DNA of 64,000 nucleotides from Eledone cirrhosa (taxonomy: Eukaryota). The stretch lies in contig OZ024743.1 in NCBI GenBank assembly GCA_964016885.1, positions 269,452,001-269,516,000 of the forward strand, given 5' to 3'. Position 1 is the first letter of the stretch. Every line of letters starts with the position of its first letter. The position numbers and the translations under genes were made by a program. The notes under the pieces are model-generated. The model saw nothing but the letters and a program-made list of their open reading frames with translations. It had not been told where the DNA came from and ran no database searches. Shown piece after piece: positions 1 to 13,015 of the stretch.

Positions 1-13
1 CACACACACACAC

Positions 14-175
<162 letters not shown>

Positions 176-282
176 GAATGTATGTATAGTATATTTGGCA
201 CTATACCGTATATTTAATTAAAAATATTTAGATGACCATACGCTATCTATTTTAAAGTAGTGACTATGTCACTTACTTCTTT

Positions 283-367
283 TTGGCGAAAGAAGGGGGA
301 GAAGCTGACAGTCTGTTTCACGCTGGTTGGCGTTCATCAGAGCCACGTACTCCCCTGCTTTCGCCGA
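283..367 (-). ncRNA. Type I hammerhead ribozyme with extended stem I (PLE/retrozyme-type terminal repeat)
   Basis: Minus strand, core 303-344: ggct-CTGATGA-acgc caacca gcgt-GAAA-CAG A CTG-TC-agct. Outer stem ggcgaaag..ggggag pairs with ctcccc..ctttcgcc. A related copy lies at 57152-57249. Confidence 0.85.
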
Positions 368-387
368 AATATATATATATATATATA

Positions 388-556
388 TTTGCTCTACGGT
401 TCTTATATATTTGATATATATTTAACCTTATCGAGCCCTCTTTGGATTTTAGTCTTCAAATTTATTATTATTACTATATATATATTTATTATAAGAACAG
501 ATTAACGTTTAAGCAAAGAATCGCTGCTTTCACCCTTAACGGGGTCTTCTGAAACT
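388..556. mobile_element. Short PLE-derived terminal-repeat fragment (CAGAAGA-HHR family), HHR on minus strand 506-556
   Basis: Tail ttgctctacgg..ccttatcgagccc..ttagtcttcaaattt plus an inverted HHR. The same modules recur at 3598-3757, 22566-22690, 54802-54875 and 62070-62134, all next to (TA)n. Confidence 0.7.
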
Positions 557-831
557 GAAAAAATCAATCTGTGGACACAGAAGTAAATATTTCGAAAAAA
601 ACGTTACAACCGAAAGAAAACAGAAAGACGATATGTTTGTTCGTGAAGACGTTCCCTGGAAATGGACGGAAAAAAACCAAGGTTAATTACGTCGTTATGT
701 GGAGCGATGAGAACGATTTCTTGCAAAGACAAAAACACATTTATGCTATAAAAAAATCATTAGACTAAAATTCTATTTCGAATAACCGAATGATTTCCAG
801 CTCCGGAGTTTGAAAATAAAGTAAATAAAAT

Positions 832-1023
832 TATTGTTATACTTTGGGAGGGTCATGTTGCTAATAAGAAACACACGCCCCAGTTGTTTCACTCCAATTT
901 ATTATAAATTAAATTATAAATTTAAAAAATTTATAAATTTCCGGTTGGTTGGTTGGTTCCACAACCGGATGGTTGTTCATATATTGTCAAAGTTCTTTTG
1001 TCACACATTCTGTGACCTCATCA
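832..1023 (-). mobile_element. PLE-type terminal repeat with decayed HHR (986-1023)
   Basis: Close paralog of 57460-57655. Core reads aTGATGA-g gtcac..gtgac-AAAA, so C3 and G12 are lost. Confidence 0.6.
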
Positions 1024-1203
1024 TTATTAAACGAAAATGCCAGAGTTTATTAATAATAGTAAAGTAAGTAATGATTAGAACATTAAAGTATTGTCATAAG
1101 ATTTAGGCCGGTGCATAAGTATGCCCTTACGCATATATATATATACACATATACACACATACATGCACTAATACACATATATACGTACATGAGTTTCACT
1201 TCA

Positions 1204-1387
1204 GTGGCAGTATCGGTAGAGTGTCGGACGCCATGCATTGACGCATAGAGTTACGGCCCTTGCCATTCTGGGTTCAATTCCCGCCGAGTTAACTTTGCCT
1301 TTCATCCTTACGGGGTCGATAAAATAAAGTACCAGTAATACACTGGGTAATTGCTGGCCTTGTGGCAAAAGTAGAAACAATTATTAT
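1204..1387 (+). mobile_element. tRNA-derived SINE (family A)
   Basis: A-box-like TGGCAGTATCGG, B-box GGTTCAATTCC, central GCCTTTCATCCTTACGGGGTCGATAAAATAAAGTACCAG (resembles the Meta-SINE domain, from memory), AAT tail. About 20 copies or fragments in the window. Confidence 0.85.
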
Positions 1388-1448
1388 TTGAGTAACTAAT
1401 CTATTCATCTGTGAGTTCAGTAATCGGGTAGTTGTTTAATTGTTAATT

Positions 1449-1491
1449 ACAAAAGCTCTTTCGTCACACATCGTGTGACTTTCTCAATTAA
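1449..1491 (-). ncRNA. Minimal hammerhead, U3-A8 core variant
   Basis: TTGAGAA-a-gtcacac gat gtgtgac-GAAA-G AG C-TT. Stem I is short and weak. Confidence 0.6.
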
Positions 1492-1939
1492 TATCCTTGC
1501 TTTTCTGTGTCTTCCCTTTATTCTAGTCCTATCCATACTATCTTGTCTTTTTGTGTGTGAAACAATCAAACAACCACCCGGTTACTCAGTGTATTGAATG
1601 CATTTTTGCACGTGTGTATATATGTGTCTGTATTTGTAGGTATTTGTGTGTGTGTGTGTGTGTGCCTGCGTGCGTGCGTCCACGTGTATGAATGTGGGAA
1701 TACGTAAAGGTTTTTGTGTGAGTGTGAATGTATGTGTACGGGAATATATGAATATTTGTGTTCTTGATATATGTGTGTCTATGTTTGTGTGTGTGCGTAT
1801 ATGGTGTGTGTGTATGTGTGTAAGGATGGGTTTGGAGGAACGAGCGTTCATGTGTGTGTGTGTGTGTATGTGTGTGAGTACATGAATATATGAGTCTATG
1901 AAAGTTTGTGTGTCTGAAAATGCGTGTATAACTGCGTGT

Positions 1940-2642
1940 GTTTGAGTGTATGTTAAAATGCATGTATGTGTGCGTCTGTACGTTTGTGTGTTAGAATATA
2001 TATGTATGTGAGGGTGTGTTTGAGTGTGTTAAAATGCACGTATGTGTGTATGTGTGTGTGTGTGTTAACATATATGTATGTTTGCGTGTGTATGTATGTG
2101 TGTTAAAATGCATGCATGTGTGCGTGTGTGTGTGTGTGTGTTAAAATATATGTATGTGTGCGTGTGTATATATGTGTGTGTGTGTTAAAATGCATGTATG
2201 TGTGCGTGTGTCAAGATATATGTATGTGGCCGTGTGTATATGTGTGATAAAATAAATGTATGTGAGCGTGTGTATGTGTGTGTGTGTTAAAATATATGTA
2301 TGTCTGCGTGTGTATGTGTGTTAAAATGCATGTATGTGTGCGTGTGTTTGTGTGTGTGTGTGTGTGTTAAAACATATGTATGTGTGGTGTGTATGTGTGT
2401 GTGTCAAAATATATGTATGTGTGCGTGTGTATGTGTGTGTTAAAATATATGTATGTATGTGTGTATGTTGGTGTGTGTGTGTGTTAAAATATATGTATGT
2501 TTGCGTGAGTATGTGTGTGTGTTAAAATGCATGTATGCGTGCGTGTGTATATATGTGTGTGTGTTAAAATATATGTATGTTTGCGTGTGTATGTGTGTGT
2601 GTGTTAAAATACATGTATGTGTGCGTGTGTAAGTGTGTGTGT
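1940..2642. repeat. Compound (GT)n/GTGTTAAAATATATGTAT degenerate minisatellite
   Basis: The gtgttaaaat motif recurs about every 35-45 bp within GT repeats. Confidence 0.85.
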
Positions 2643-2867
2643 GATGCAGATAAAATAGGAAGGAGGATTCCTGGCAATAATTAATGAGTGAATTTAAGTC
2701 GTGTGTCTGTGAATTAGAGAGAAACCAGCCATAATTAAAGACAACACAAAGACCATTTTTAAAGGTTAAAACTAATCATAGAAATTCGAACTTTCTTCCC
2801 CGTCAAATTTCATAAAACACTTGTTTAACATGTCATTTGGTGGAATAGCCGCATTGTTGTTGTAGTT

Positions 2868-2940
2868 TCTTCTTCTTCTTCTTCTTCTTCTTCTTCTTCT
2901 TCTTCTTCTTCTTCTTCTTCTTCTTCTTCTTCTCTTTCTT

Positions 2941-2972
<32 letters not shown>

Positions 2973-3255
2973 CCGATATCTCGTTGTTCCATTGCCGGTA
3001 TTTAGATTGCTTGATATCAAGCTGTCTCCTGCAACCTTAGTATCTAGTACTTTTTCATATGGTTTTTGCTGCGCCAAGCAAATAAGCCATTTGTAAAGTC
3101 AAGAATATTCACCTCTATATTCACCATTTTCAACCAGCCATTCAATCACCTAGCCGCTATATCGCTAAGGCTCCTATTACAAATGGGATGGTGAAAGCTT
3201 TTCGAGAATTCGTATTTCAGCTCATGATACTTTTCTAATTTGTCGTGTTTTTTTG
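2868..3255 (-). mobile_element. 3' end of R4/Dong-type RLE non-LTR retrotransposon with (GAA)n tail
   Basis: Minus-strand degenerate translation KLEKYHELKYE..PIVIGAL..QMAYLLGAAKTI*KVLDT*, followed by (GAA)n at 2868-2970. Confidence 0.65.
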
Positions 3256-3430
3256 TCTACCCGACTGTTCCTACTCTCAACATGAGTCTGCACGTCTGAA
3301 GGGGAGCAACTTTTTGTAGAGAGGGGACTTGCTCTTGATGTTTAGGGAGACCGTAGAGTTGTGGGCTTCTCGATCGTATCTTTTCGAAAGTTCTGTTTAA
3401 GAACTGCACCACTATGTTTACAATGTAAAC

Positions 3431-3489
<59 letters not shown>

Positions 3490-3597
3490 ATACTTTGGGA
3501 GGGTCAAATTCAGAAACGATATATATATATATATATATATAGGAAAAGTAAATAACAACAACAAGGAATACAGGTACGATACATATATATATATGTA

Positions 3598-3753
3598 ATA
3601 AGAACAGATTAAAGTTTAAGCAAAGAATCGCTGCTTTCACCCTTAACGGGATCTTCTGAAACTATTGCTCTAGAGGTTTTTTTATATATTATATATATAT
3701 ATATAATCCTTATCGAGCCCTTTTCGGATTTTAGTCTTCAAATTTATTATTAC

Positions 3754-3757
<4 letters not shown>
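3598..3757. mobile_element. Fold-back PLE-derived mini-element, CAGAAGA-core HHR on minus strand 3613-3663
   Basis: agttt-CAGAAGA-tccc gttaa gggt-GAAA-GCA gcgattctt TGC-TT-aaact, inverted relative to the family tail. Flanked by (TA)n. Confidence 0.7.
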
Positions 3758-3851
<94 letters not shown>

Positions 3852-3944
3852 GTAAGTACATTTTTTGATACTCATAGACCCTCACACTCTATGTAAGTGT
3901 TTTGTGACACTCCATTCATCTGGCGCCATTGTGGCGAATAAATA

Positions 3945-5440
3945 AAATTATAACTATTATTATTATTCATATTCATTTGCACAGTGATGATCTTATTAAC
4001 ACTGGATCATTTAATTGACGCCCTATCAAGATATGTAATCTCAGATATATACTATTTCCAAAAGTATTGTTTTCTGCAATGTCCTAATGCTGGAACTGAT
4101 TCCAATTCTATCAAGTTTTTTTTTTTTCTGGAGGTTTTCTGTCATCTACCCAAGAGCTTTAATCACAATTGGTACCCTCTTCTTTTCATATTCCACATTC
4201 TCTCGACATCTATTTTCAAGTTTGCATACTTTACGATTTTCTCGTTTTCTTTACCATTAATGTAAAAGTCTCCTGGGCAAGCTACATCGATCAACAAACA
4301 TCTTCTTTCTGTAACTTTCTCCTCCAAAATTATGGCTACCCATGTATTTTCAAGAACTCTATCTGTCTGGATCGTAAAGTCCCACAAGAGTTTCAATGTC
4401 TGATTTTCTAGAACCATCTTCGGTTTGTGTTGATACCATTTCTCGGTGGTTACAAACTCATATGTCTTGCATAAAGACCAATGGAGGTGTAAGCACATTT
4501 TATCGTGACGCCTTTTATATTCCCTATGCACTAGCACACCGCAGGAAATCATGATGAGTGTCACACTTTCCACCTTCTTCCTTCATAACCTATACTTATT
4601 TGTTTCACCTGGGTTATACACATTCCCTAGCGCATTTATGTTAAGTGCTTGATCTTCAGCAGCTATTAATAAACTTTCTGTCTCACTCTTAAGATCATCT
4701 TTTGTCAATCAATTCCGTGAAGATCTTACTTTTAATTTCTTCGTTTCTCTTTCAAATTGACCATGTAATTCCATACTCTCTTTTGTGCTCAGCCAGTAAT
4801 GTCCGTTTGTAATTTTCTTTACTTTCAAAAGTTTCAATGCATAGACCTCTGTTTTTGTCACATACCTTAAAAGTTCTTCTTTACTACTGGCCAAATACGA
4901 GCCTAAGGCCCTGCACTAGTTAGCTACAAATGTTTCACACATACAACTCCTCGACCTACTACGTTTCATGGTATATATGACCTGATGACATTTGCCTTTG
5001 AGTGCAATGCACCATTGTCAACGATTGTTTTACACATTAGCCTATCCAACGTCTCTATTTCTTCTTTGATTCAATTCAAAATAGCTGCACTATAATGATA
5101 GCAGCCCAGTTAATGATAGCAGAAATTAAGTTCTTCCCATTCGTTGTCTGTAGCAGTCACTAACCTCTTTAGATAGACTTCCTTCACATTTCCTTTCATT
5201 TTCTCATTTAGAATTTTATCAAGTCCCCCAAATACTAAGACACTTGTATCCACTATCCCCAAGGTCATCAATCGATACACAATCAGGTAACTCAACCCCA
5301 CAACTTTGTACAGGCCTACCTCTATTCATAGTTAGGGTGACACACTTTGTGATACCAGACTCTATTCCAATATCCTAGTAACACCGGTGGACAGTTTTGA
5401 CCAGAAAGTTAGCCTGAGATTCATTCCTAGCAATGAGCTG
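3945..5440 (-). pseudogene. Decayed R4/Dong-clade non-LTR retrotransposon (RT C-terminus, CCHC knuckle, restriction-like endonuclease)
   Basis: ORF 4163-4573: YKRRHD..LHWSLC..KWYQHKP..LLWDFTIQTDR..CLLIDVACPGD..EKIVKY. Upstream fragments include LHGQFERE. (AAT)n tail near 3950. Confidence 0.85.
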
Positions 5441-6092
5441 TAGATCATCTCTTCTTCTTCTTCTTCTTCTTCTTCTTCTTCTTCTTCTTTAGAGGTCAAT
5501 ATCATTATAGACCTGTAGGTTCCTCAATTAGCCTCGTGTATTCAGTGCCGCCCTTCGGACACCACCTTAACCCCCATCACCACCAGCGCCAACACAACAA
5601 CAACAACAACAACATCGTCACACCACCCCCACTGCCACCGTTGCCAGCCCCACCATCACCTTTCATAATAGGTTTACTGATTTAAGGTCAATTCTGAACT
5701 TATAAAATATCATCAGCAACAAAAGCGACTTTACCAGTTACAACAATCATCACCACCATCATCTTCATCACCATCATCATCACCATCGTCATCACATCAC
5801 CATCTTCACCACCACCATCATCATCATCATTATAATCATTATAATCCTCCTCCCCCTCCTCCTCCCCTCCTCCTCAGTATCATCATCACCATTATCATCC
5901 CAAACATCTTCACCATCACCATCATCATTAGCTATATCGGTGTTTCCCCTACCTCCCAAGATTCATTCCACAGCACGATTATATAATGTTTTAAACACAT
6001 GACTATGTTTCACGGTGGTGTAGAAGAAGAAGAAGAAGAAGAAGAAGAAGAAGAAGAAGAAGAAGAAGAAGAAGAAGAAGAAGAAGAAGAAG

Positions 6093-6123
<31 letters not shown>

Positions 6124-6474
6124 TGGTTTGGTGATTCCTTATAGGGTGTAGAACTGCTTTAGAGAATTTTCCATTCCAATCATGGTAGGCAATTCAGCAA
6201 GGGTGGTTTCTTGCTGCTGCTAAAATATAATTTACCAATTCTGTTCTACATACAACACCGATTAAAGGATGTGTCACGCATGGAAGGTACCAGGGCGTCC
6301 CTTCATATCAAAAACAGTAAAAAAAAAAAAATTGAGTTGGCTCAATGGATCTCAGTCGGTTTCTATGATGATTGTTCAAGTTGTTCGATAATAGTATAGC
6401 CTACCTATGAAAGTGTTGTTGAATGGACTTCCTTCGTTTTTAACGATGTATGTTCGACTTGGTCGGTCAATAGA

Positions 6475-6825
6475 ACAATGGAACTCATAAATGAAATGGA
6501 CCTTTGTCAGTTTCGAGGATGAGTGTTCAAGTTATTTGATCAATAGAATAGCCTGCTTATAAATTAAACGTGTAAGTGTCTGACTGAACCATTAACGTAA
6601 TTTTCAGGGTGATTCAGCGTGACACAGTAATTCAAAGCTGGCCCTTTGAATTACATGTACCATCCATCTAACGGGCTTCCAAACAGTTTCGGTGTATTTA
6701 ATTTCAATCACAAGATATGGGTCGATCCGAGGCTATGATGAACGACACATGTCCCGTATGTCATGCAGTGGGATCGAACCCGTGACCTAATGATTGCGAA
6801 GTGAACCTCTTAATAATTTGGCCAC
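6475..6825 (-). mobile_element. SINE family B copy or copies (degenerate)
   Basis: Shares aaattaacgtg..ttaacgta..gattcagcgtgacacag..gctggcccttt with 19595-19760, 20380-20600 and 21527-21810. Inverted B-box gggatcgaacc. Confidence 0.55.
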
Positions 6826-7703
6826 AGATCTACAGTAAAAAACAAACCAATAAAAAATACCAACCACACTAGTCTGCATTCTTTCACAATCTCCCAATTG
6901 TAAGTTTGTGGACCGGGTGATGCGTCAGTAAATGAGAAAGACACTTCATTTCGTTTTACTTCAGTTCAGTGAACTGAAAACGAGTAGAGGCAGCAGCGCT
7001 CTTGACTGGAGGAGGTTAACACATGGACGGACTTAATGGGATAAAATTCAGCCAGATGATCTCAAAACCTAATGGTGTTATTGGGTCCCTGTCCTTGCAT
7101 CTGAAACTAGCGGCCTCCATCCATATTCAGGGGTCTGATAATAAACGAATTCTCCCAGTGAGAAAGAGAGAGAAAAAAGAAGAACCCACATGAATATTGA
7201 GCTAGTATTTTATGTATCCACCATACATTGGTGAAAACAAGACTTTCCTTAATTATCTCCCCTATTTCTACTTCTGAATTCAAATATCGGTAACGATCCC
7301 CACATGGTAACCATAATGTTCTTTACCATACTATTTCCTCAATGTATATTATAAGAATGGTCTATGAAATCTATGGTAATGTGTTAAGTGTTAAATACTT
7401 ATATTTTTTCATTCTTATTATGTTGATTGTTTTTACGCATACGCACACACGCAAACACACACATACACGCACACGCAGCACACACGCACGCATGCACACA
7501 TGCACACGTACGCACACACACACACATATAATCATTAAGGCCCGTTACTACTAACTGGCCTTAATTATATTTTATTTGTACCAGTTTTTGTACCAGGAGT
7601 TACAAATAACGAAAACTCGATGTTTGTAAAGGTCATTTTAGTGCAGAATGTTCCTCTTCAGTTGATTTTTTCCCCTTTGTCTGCTTCCAGCATAACTTGA
7701 GCC

Positions 7704-8895
7704 TTAACCTCTCCTAGCTCTCCTTGCTCTCGTTTCTCTCGCTGCCCTCCATGCTCTTCTTTTCTCTTTGTTCTCTTGCTCTCCTTGCTCCCCTTGCTCT
7801 TCTTTCCTCATTACTCTCCTTGCTCTCCTTTTGCCTTGCTCTCCTTGTTCTCCTTTTCTCATTGCTCTCCTTGCTCTCCCTTTCCTTTGTTCTCCTTGCT
7901 CTCCTTTTCTCATTGCTTTCATTGCTCTCCTGCTCTCCTTTTCTCATCGCTCTCCTTGATCTCCTTTTCTCCTTGCTCTCCTTGCTCTCATTTTCTCGTT
8001 GTTCTCCTTGCTCTCCTTTTATCCTTGCTCTCCTTGCTCTCCTTGCTCTCCTTGCTTTCCTCGCTCTCCTTTTCTCATTGCACTCCTTGCTCTCCTTGCT
8101 CTCATTTTCTCGTTGTTCTCCTTGCTCTCCTTTTATCCTTGCTCTCCTTGCCCTCCTTGCTCTCTTACTCTCCCTTTCTCCTTGCTCTCCCCTTCTCATT
8201 GCTCTCCTTGCTTTCCTTTTTCTCCTTTTATCCTTGCTCTCCTTGCTCTCATTGTTCTCCTTTTCTCATTGCTCTCCTTGCTCTCCCTTTCTTTTGTTCT
8301 CCTTGCTCTCCTTTTCTCATTGCTTTCATTGCTCTCCTGCTCTCCTTTTCTCATCGCTCTCCTTGATCTCCTTTTCTCCTTGCTCTCCTTGCTCTCATTT
8401 TCTCGTTGTTCTCCTTGCTCTCCTTTTATCCTTGCTCTCCTTACTCTCCTTGCTTTCCTTGCTCTCCTCGCTCTCCTTTTCTCATTGCACTCCTTGCTCT
8501 CCTTGCTCTCATTTTCTCGTTGTTCTCCTTGCTCTCCTTTTATCCTTGCTCTCCTTGACCCCCTTGCTCTCTTACTCTCCCTTTCTCCTTGCTCTCCCCT
8601 TCTCATTGCTCTTCTTGCTTTCCTTTTTCTCCTTTTCTCCTTGCTCTCCTTGCTCTCCTTTTCTCATTGTTCTTCTTTCGCTCCTTTTCTCCTTGCTCTC
8701 CTTGCTCTCCTTGCTCTCCTTTTCTCATTCTTCTTCTTTCGCTCCTTTTCTCCTTGCTCTCCCTGCTCTCCTTGTTCTCCTTTTATCCTTGCTATCCTTA
8801 CTCTCCCTTTCTCATTGCTCTACTTGCTCTCCTTTTCTCCTTGCTCTCCTTTTCTCCTTACTCTCCCTTTCTTCTTGCTCTCCCTTTCTCCTTGT
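7704..8895. repeat. Pyrimidine-rich 9/10-bp minisatellite (CTCCTTGCT) with higher-order duplications
   Basis: Recurrent ctccttgct and ctccttttct units. Blocks repeat at about 407-bp spacing (e.g. 7911 vs 8318). Confidence 0.9.
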
Positions 8896-9416
8896 GTCTA
8901 TGTACTTGTTTATATACAAATACAATGAGAAAAGGGGAGCATATATATATATATGTATATATATATATATGTATATATATTGCTCAATACCGAGTACTCA
9001 TTTCTCTCAGCTGTCAACCACATCCGGATATAAGTATATTTGGGTGGCCCAATTTTGCGAAAGTGAAAATTTTGCTGCTCCCACCGCGAAAAATAAGTGT
9101 TTGCCCTATACCTGAGCTCTGCCCCAGCTTTGCAAGTTGCCTTCCCCATTATATTTATTGTCACTCATCCTTATAATACCAAGAATGAGTCTGAACAAGT
9201 TTTAAGAAATAAAAATGACTTTCCGGACGAAAACTTCAAAATTTCACAATCGATGAGGGTCGCCGTGCAGTTGTCGACTTGAGCTAAAGTTTGGCATAAA
9301 TTGGTTCTTTGTTAATTGACACAAGATAGGGTGATGGGAGCTAAACTTTTAGAAAGTTGAAAATAAGGGCCAGTCTAATATATATGCATATATATAATCA
9401 TATAACATGTACTCCC

Positions 9417-9450
<34 letters not shown>

Positions 9451-9483
9451 ATATGTTATATATATATATATATATATGGGGGT

Positions 9484-9552
<69 letters not shown>

Positions 9553-9633
9553 CGGTCACTTAGGAAAGAAAACAAGCCATTGAATGCTTTCTTGTCACTC
9601 TCCTGATCGCTAATTAAAAGTAAATAAAGATTA

Positions 9634-9667
<34 letters not shown>

Positions 9668-9956
9668 ACCGCTACTGTACACCTTACTTTGCTTCTACAT
9701 TTTTGTCACTGTTGACACTACTCTCCCTTATCCACAACCTGTGCTTCTCCTCCTCCTTCCACTACTTTCTCCCCTTCTTTCTTATTTCTTTCCCCGTTTA
9801 CTTTATATCATCACCCCCTTCTTCCTCATTAAACTATGATCATACGGCTGTTAGGCCAACATGTCCCTTGTAGTTTGTTAGAAATTTTAAAATACACACA
9901 CATACACGCGTGCACAAACACACATACACACATACGCGCCACACACACACACACAC

Positions 9957-10013
<57 letters not shown>

Positions 10014-10871
10014 AAATAGTCTTTATTTATATCAGAATGGACCAACGTCTATGTTTATTATCAGAAGACATATAAAGAAAGAAGTTATATTGCTACTATG
10101 TCCTCAATGAAAACTTTAACAAACAGAATTCTCATTTGAAAACAAATTGTTCTGGGTAGAGTGTGGTTAATTTAAAATATAGTAAATTAGGGTCGATAGT
10201 GTAAAAATACACATATATGTACACCAGGTCCGAATACAGAGGAGTCGAATTCATTCTGTCATCGCCTCCCTCTCTCTCGCTCTCCCCATCTCCCACTATT
10301 ATCAGCAAATGGGGCCCAACGTGCTGGCCGCCCCACGACCCCGGCAAGGATTAAGAAGGTCGCTTCGCAATTGTGTAGCATCTTTGGGAAATGTCATTTA
10401 CCATAGCAAGCTGTTTGGTCAACCTAAATCTTAGCCGTGAAATTAGGTAGAGGGGAAACTGTGGAAGGCGATCGAATGAACTTTACCTTTATTTCAAAGA
10501 GCCAGCTTTGTCACATACTACGTCACGTTGAAGCTTCCCGAGAATCACGTTATTGGCACACATGTCTGTGGAATGCCCATCCACGTACACCCATTTACAC
10601 AATAATTTCATGGGCATGCTGCTGGAACAGCTGGTACACTCATCGTCGGAACCGATGGTGGTCCATTCCATTCCGATCCATTTTAGAAGACAAACGAACA
10701 TGAACAAATGTATTTATAAAAGTTCTTTTAACCAATTACACAATTACAACATGCTGTTGTTGCTATTGTTGCTGTCGTTGCTGTGCTGGATGCCTATTCT
10801 CAGATCAGCTTTTATTGAGAAAACATGGTGAAACATATTTTCCTGTCAAAACTATCTTATCTTTATATATA

Positions 10872-11046
10872 TTCCTGGCTTTGGATAAAAGAAAATACAA
10901 GAGGATCAGTTAATTATGATTTTATTCAACATATTCCCCTTTCAGATTCACACACATATTGCAGGAATCCCACCTCCCCATAAAGGTAACAGCTCGAGCC
11001 TTTCGCAATGCCCTTAAAGCTAGAAACCTTTCAGCACACCCTCGTA
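10872..11046. mobile_element. Tc1/mariner-type MITE remnant
   Basis: Right end TTTCAGCACACCCTCG followed by TA. Partial left inverted repeat ttcctggcttt vs aaagctagaaa. Confidence 0.45.
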
Positions 11047-11059
11047 TATATATATATAT

Positions 11060-11390
11060 AAAAGGTAAACAGAAATAACAACAAAATCGGTACAGTATAT
11101 GGAAGGGATATATTAGGTTAACGCTTGATATAGCAGGAAGAGGGTCTTAACGTTTCGGACGCTAGTCCTTCATCAGAAGAAAGAATGAGAAATAAGATAG
11201 ATTGAGGGGACGGGTGGGTTGGAATATATATATATGAGTGTGTGTGTGTGTGTGTGTGTGTGTTTAACTTGATTAACAGTCTGATGATCAGATTGATGAT
11301 GGAGCCAGGTCTATGACACAAATATGAACCCTGAGCCTATAATCTGTGAAGCGTGCGTAGCTGGTTGATAATCAATAAAACTACTAATGT
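11060..11390 (-). mobile_element. PLE 3' fragment with minimal hammerhead (11145-11180)
   Basis: tctt-CTGATGA-a ggac tagc gtcc-GAAAC GT-T-aaga. Upstream degenerate LIINQLRTLH resembles a GIY-YIG C-terminus. Relatives at 12330-12380 (half) and 56665-56701. Confidence 0.75.
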
Positions 11391-11627
11391 ATATATGATG
11401 TAAATTTAGCAGCTATTTCTTTACAACGCAGAGATTCTATCGCTGGTTCCAATTCCATCCAAATATTTAGAATTAATTTATCTGAGTTTATATTATTGTA
11501 TTTCTCTATACAGATACGAATGTCTTTTATTGTTAATGTCGTGAGTGAAAAATAAAAAAAAAATAGATTATTATTGCTATTTGAGGACAACAATTCCTTA
11601 ATGAGGTGTTCAAATTTAGAATGATAT

Positions 11628-11663
<36 letters not shown>

Positions 11664-12031
11664 TTTACATATATATATACATACACATGTATATACGTGT
11701 TTTGCAACCGGTCACTTGTGGCTCAATAAAAAATTAATAAATTAAACAATCAGAGCTATATATCATAAAACATGTCTATAGAATCACAAGATAAAATATA
11801 TACTATTTCCTCTCCCAATTAGCATAATTAACTATATAAAAAATCGAATAGACCAGGCTATACGAATGAGGCTTCTATGAAGGAATCTCCGACAAATAAC
11901 CAAAACTAGCGCTTCGCGTCGGCCGTAGTGGAATATTTATCGAATATTTCGACAGCGTAATCGCCTAGATACAGTCAACTAAGCAGAATTAGGTTTAAAA
12001 TAAACTAGGAGAAAATAGAATACATTTAAAT

Positions 12032-12119
12032 ACATCTACCATGGTTTCGTCCGTGTTTTGAGTTTTCCAATAATTATGTAATAATTATATAAACTCGAGC
12101 GCCGGATTCTTCAGGAAGC
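12032..12119 (-). ncRNA. Hammerhead with long stem II
   Basis: gcttc-CTGAAGA-atccg..(~50 nt)..cggac-GAAAC CATG GTA-gatgt. Palindromic stem III ACCATGGT. Confidence 0.7.
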
Positions 12120-12202
12120 TCGCTCATATCTAGACATTAAATTTTCCAAAACGATCGCGCCAAGAATTCATTTCAAAATGGCTAAAAATCTCTCTCTCTC
12201 TC

Positions 12203-12279
<77 letters not shown>

Positions 12280-12377
12280 GTAATAGTAACAATAACAAAA
12301 CAAACGGCACAGTACAAGAAGAAATATATTAGTTTAACGCTTGAAATAGCAGGTAGAGAGTCTTAACATTTCGGACA

Positions 12378-12442
<65 letters not shown>

Positions 12443-12829
12443 TATATGTACCCCCCCCATATATATATATATACGCACACATAGACATACACGTACATAC
12501 ACATACATATTTATGAATGATAGATAGAGAGATAGATAGAGATAGATAGACAGACAGAGAGAGAGAGAGAGCGTGCGAGAGAGAGAGAGAGAGAGAGAGA
12601 GTGAGTGGGAGGGGAGAGAATGTGTTACTGTGTGTGTCTGTGTGGAAGGTAGCAGTAATAGATAAAAGAGCAATGGAGGAAAACTAAACAAAAACTAACA
12701 AAAAATAAACGTAAGAAAAACAAACAAACAAACAAAAGAAATAAAATAGAAAAGATATGGTGGTTCAAACAACAACAACAACAATAACAAGTACAATCAC
12801 ATCTCCGACAGTGGTGGCCATAATGGTGA

Positions 12830-13015
12830 TAATAATTGTTTCTACTTTTGGCACAAGGCCAGCAATTACCCAGTGTATTACTGGTACTTTAATTTATCGA
12901 CCCCGTAAGGATGAAAGGCAAAGTAAACCTTGGCGGGATTTGAACTCAGACTGTAAAGGGACGTAACTATGCTAGAAAGCATGGCGTCCGATTCTCTACC
13001 GATACTGGCAATCCA
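12830..13015 (-). mobile_element. SINE family A whose head seeds the adjacent minisatellite
   Basis: Reverse-complement match to 1204-1387 and 37958-38148. Confidence 0.85.

Noticed and set aside
1204-1300. tRNA genes at A/B-box motifs
   Set aside because: No cloverleaf. These are SINE heads followed by SINE core and tail.
7704-8895. Collagen-like (GEQ)n gene on the minus strand, or the Leu/Ser-rich 463-aa ORF on plus
   Set aside because: Mixed 9- and 10-bp units shift frame constantly and introduce stops.
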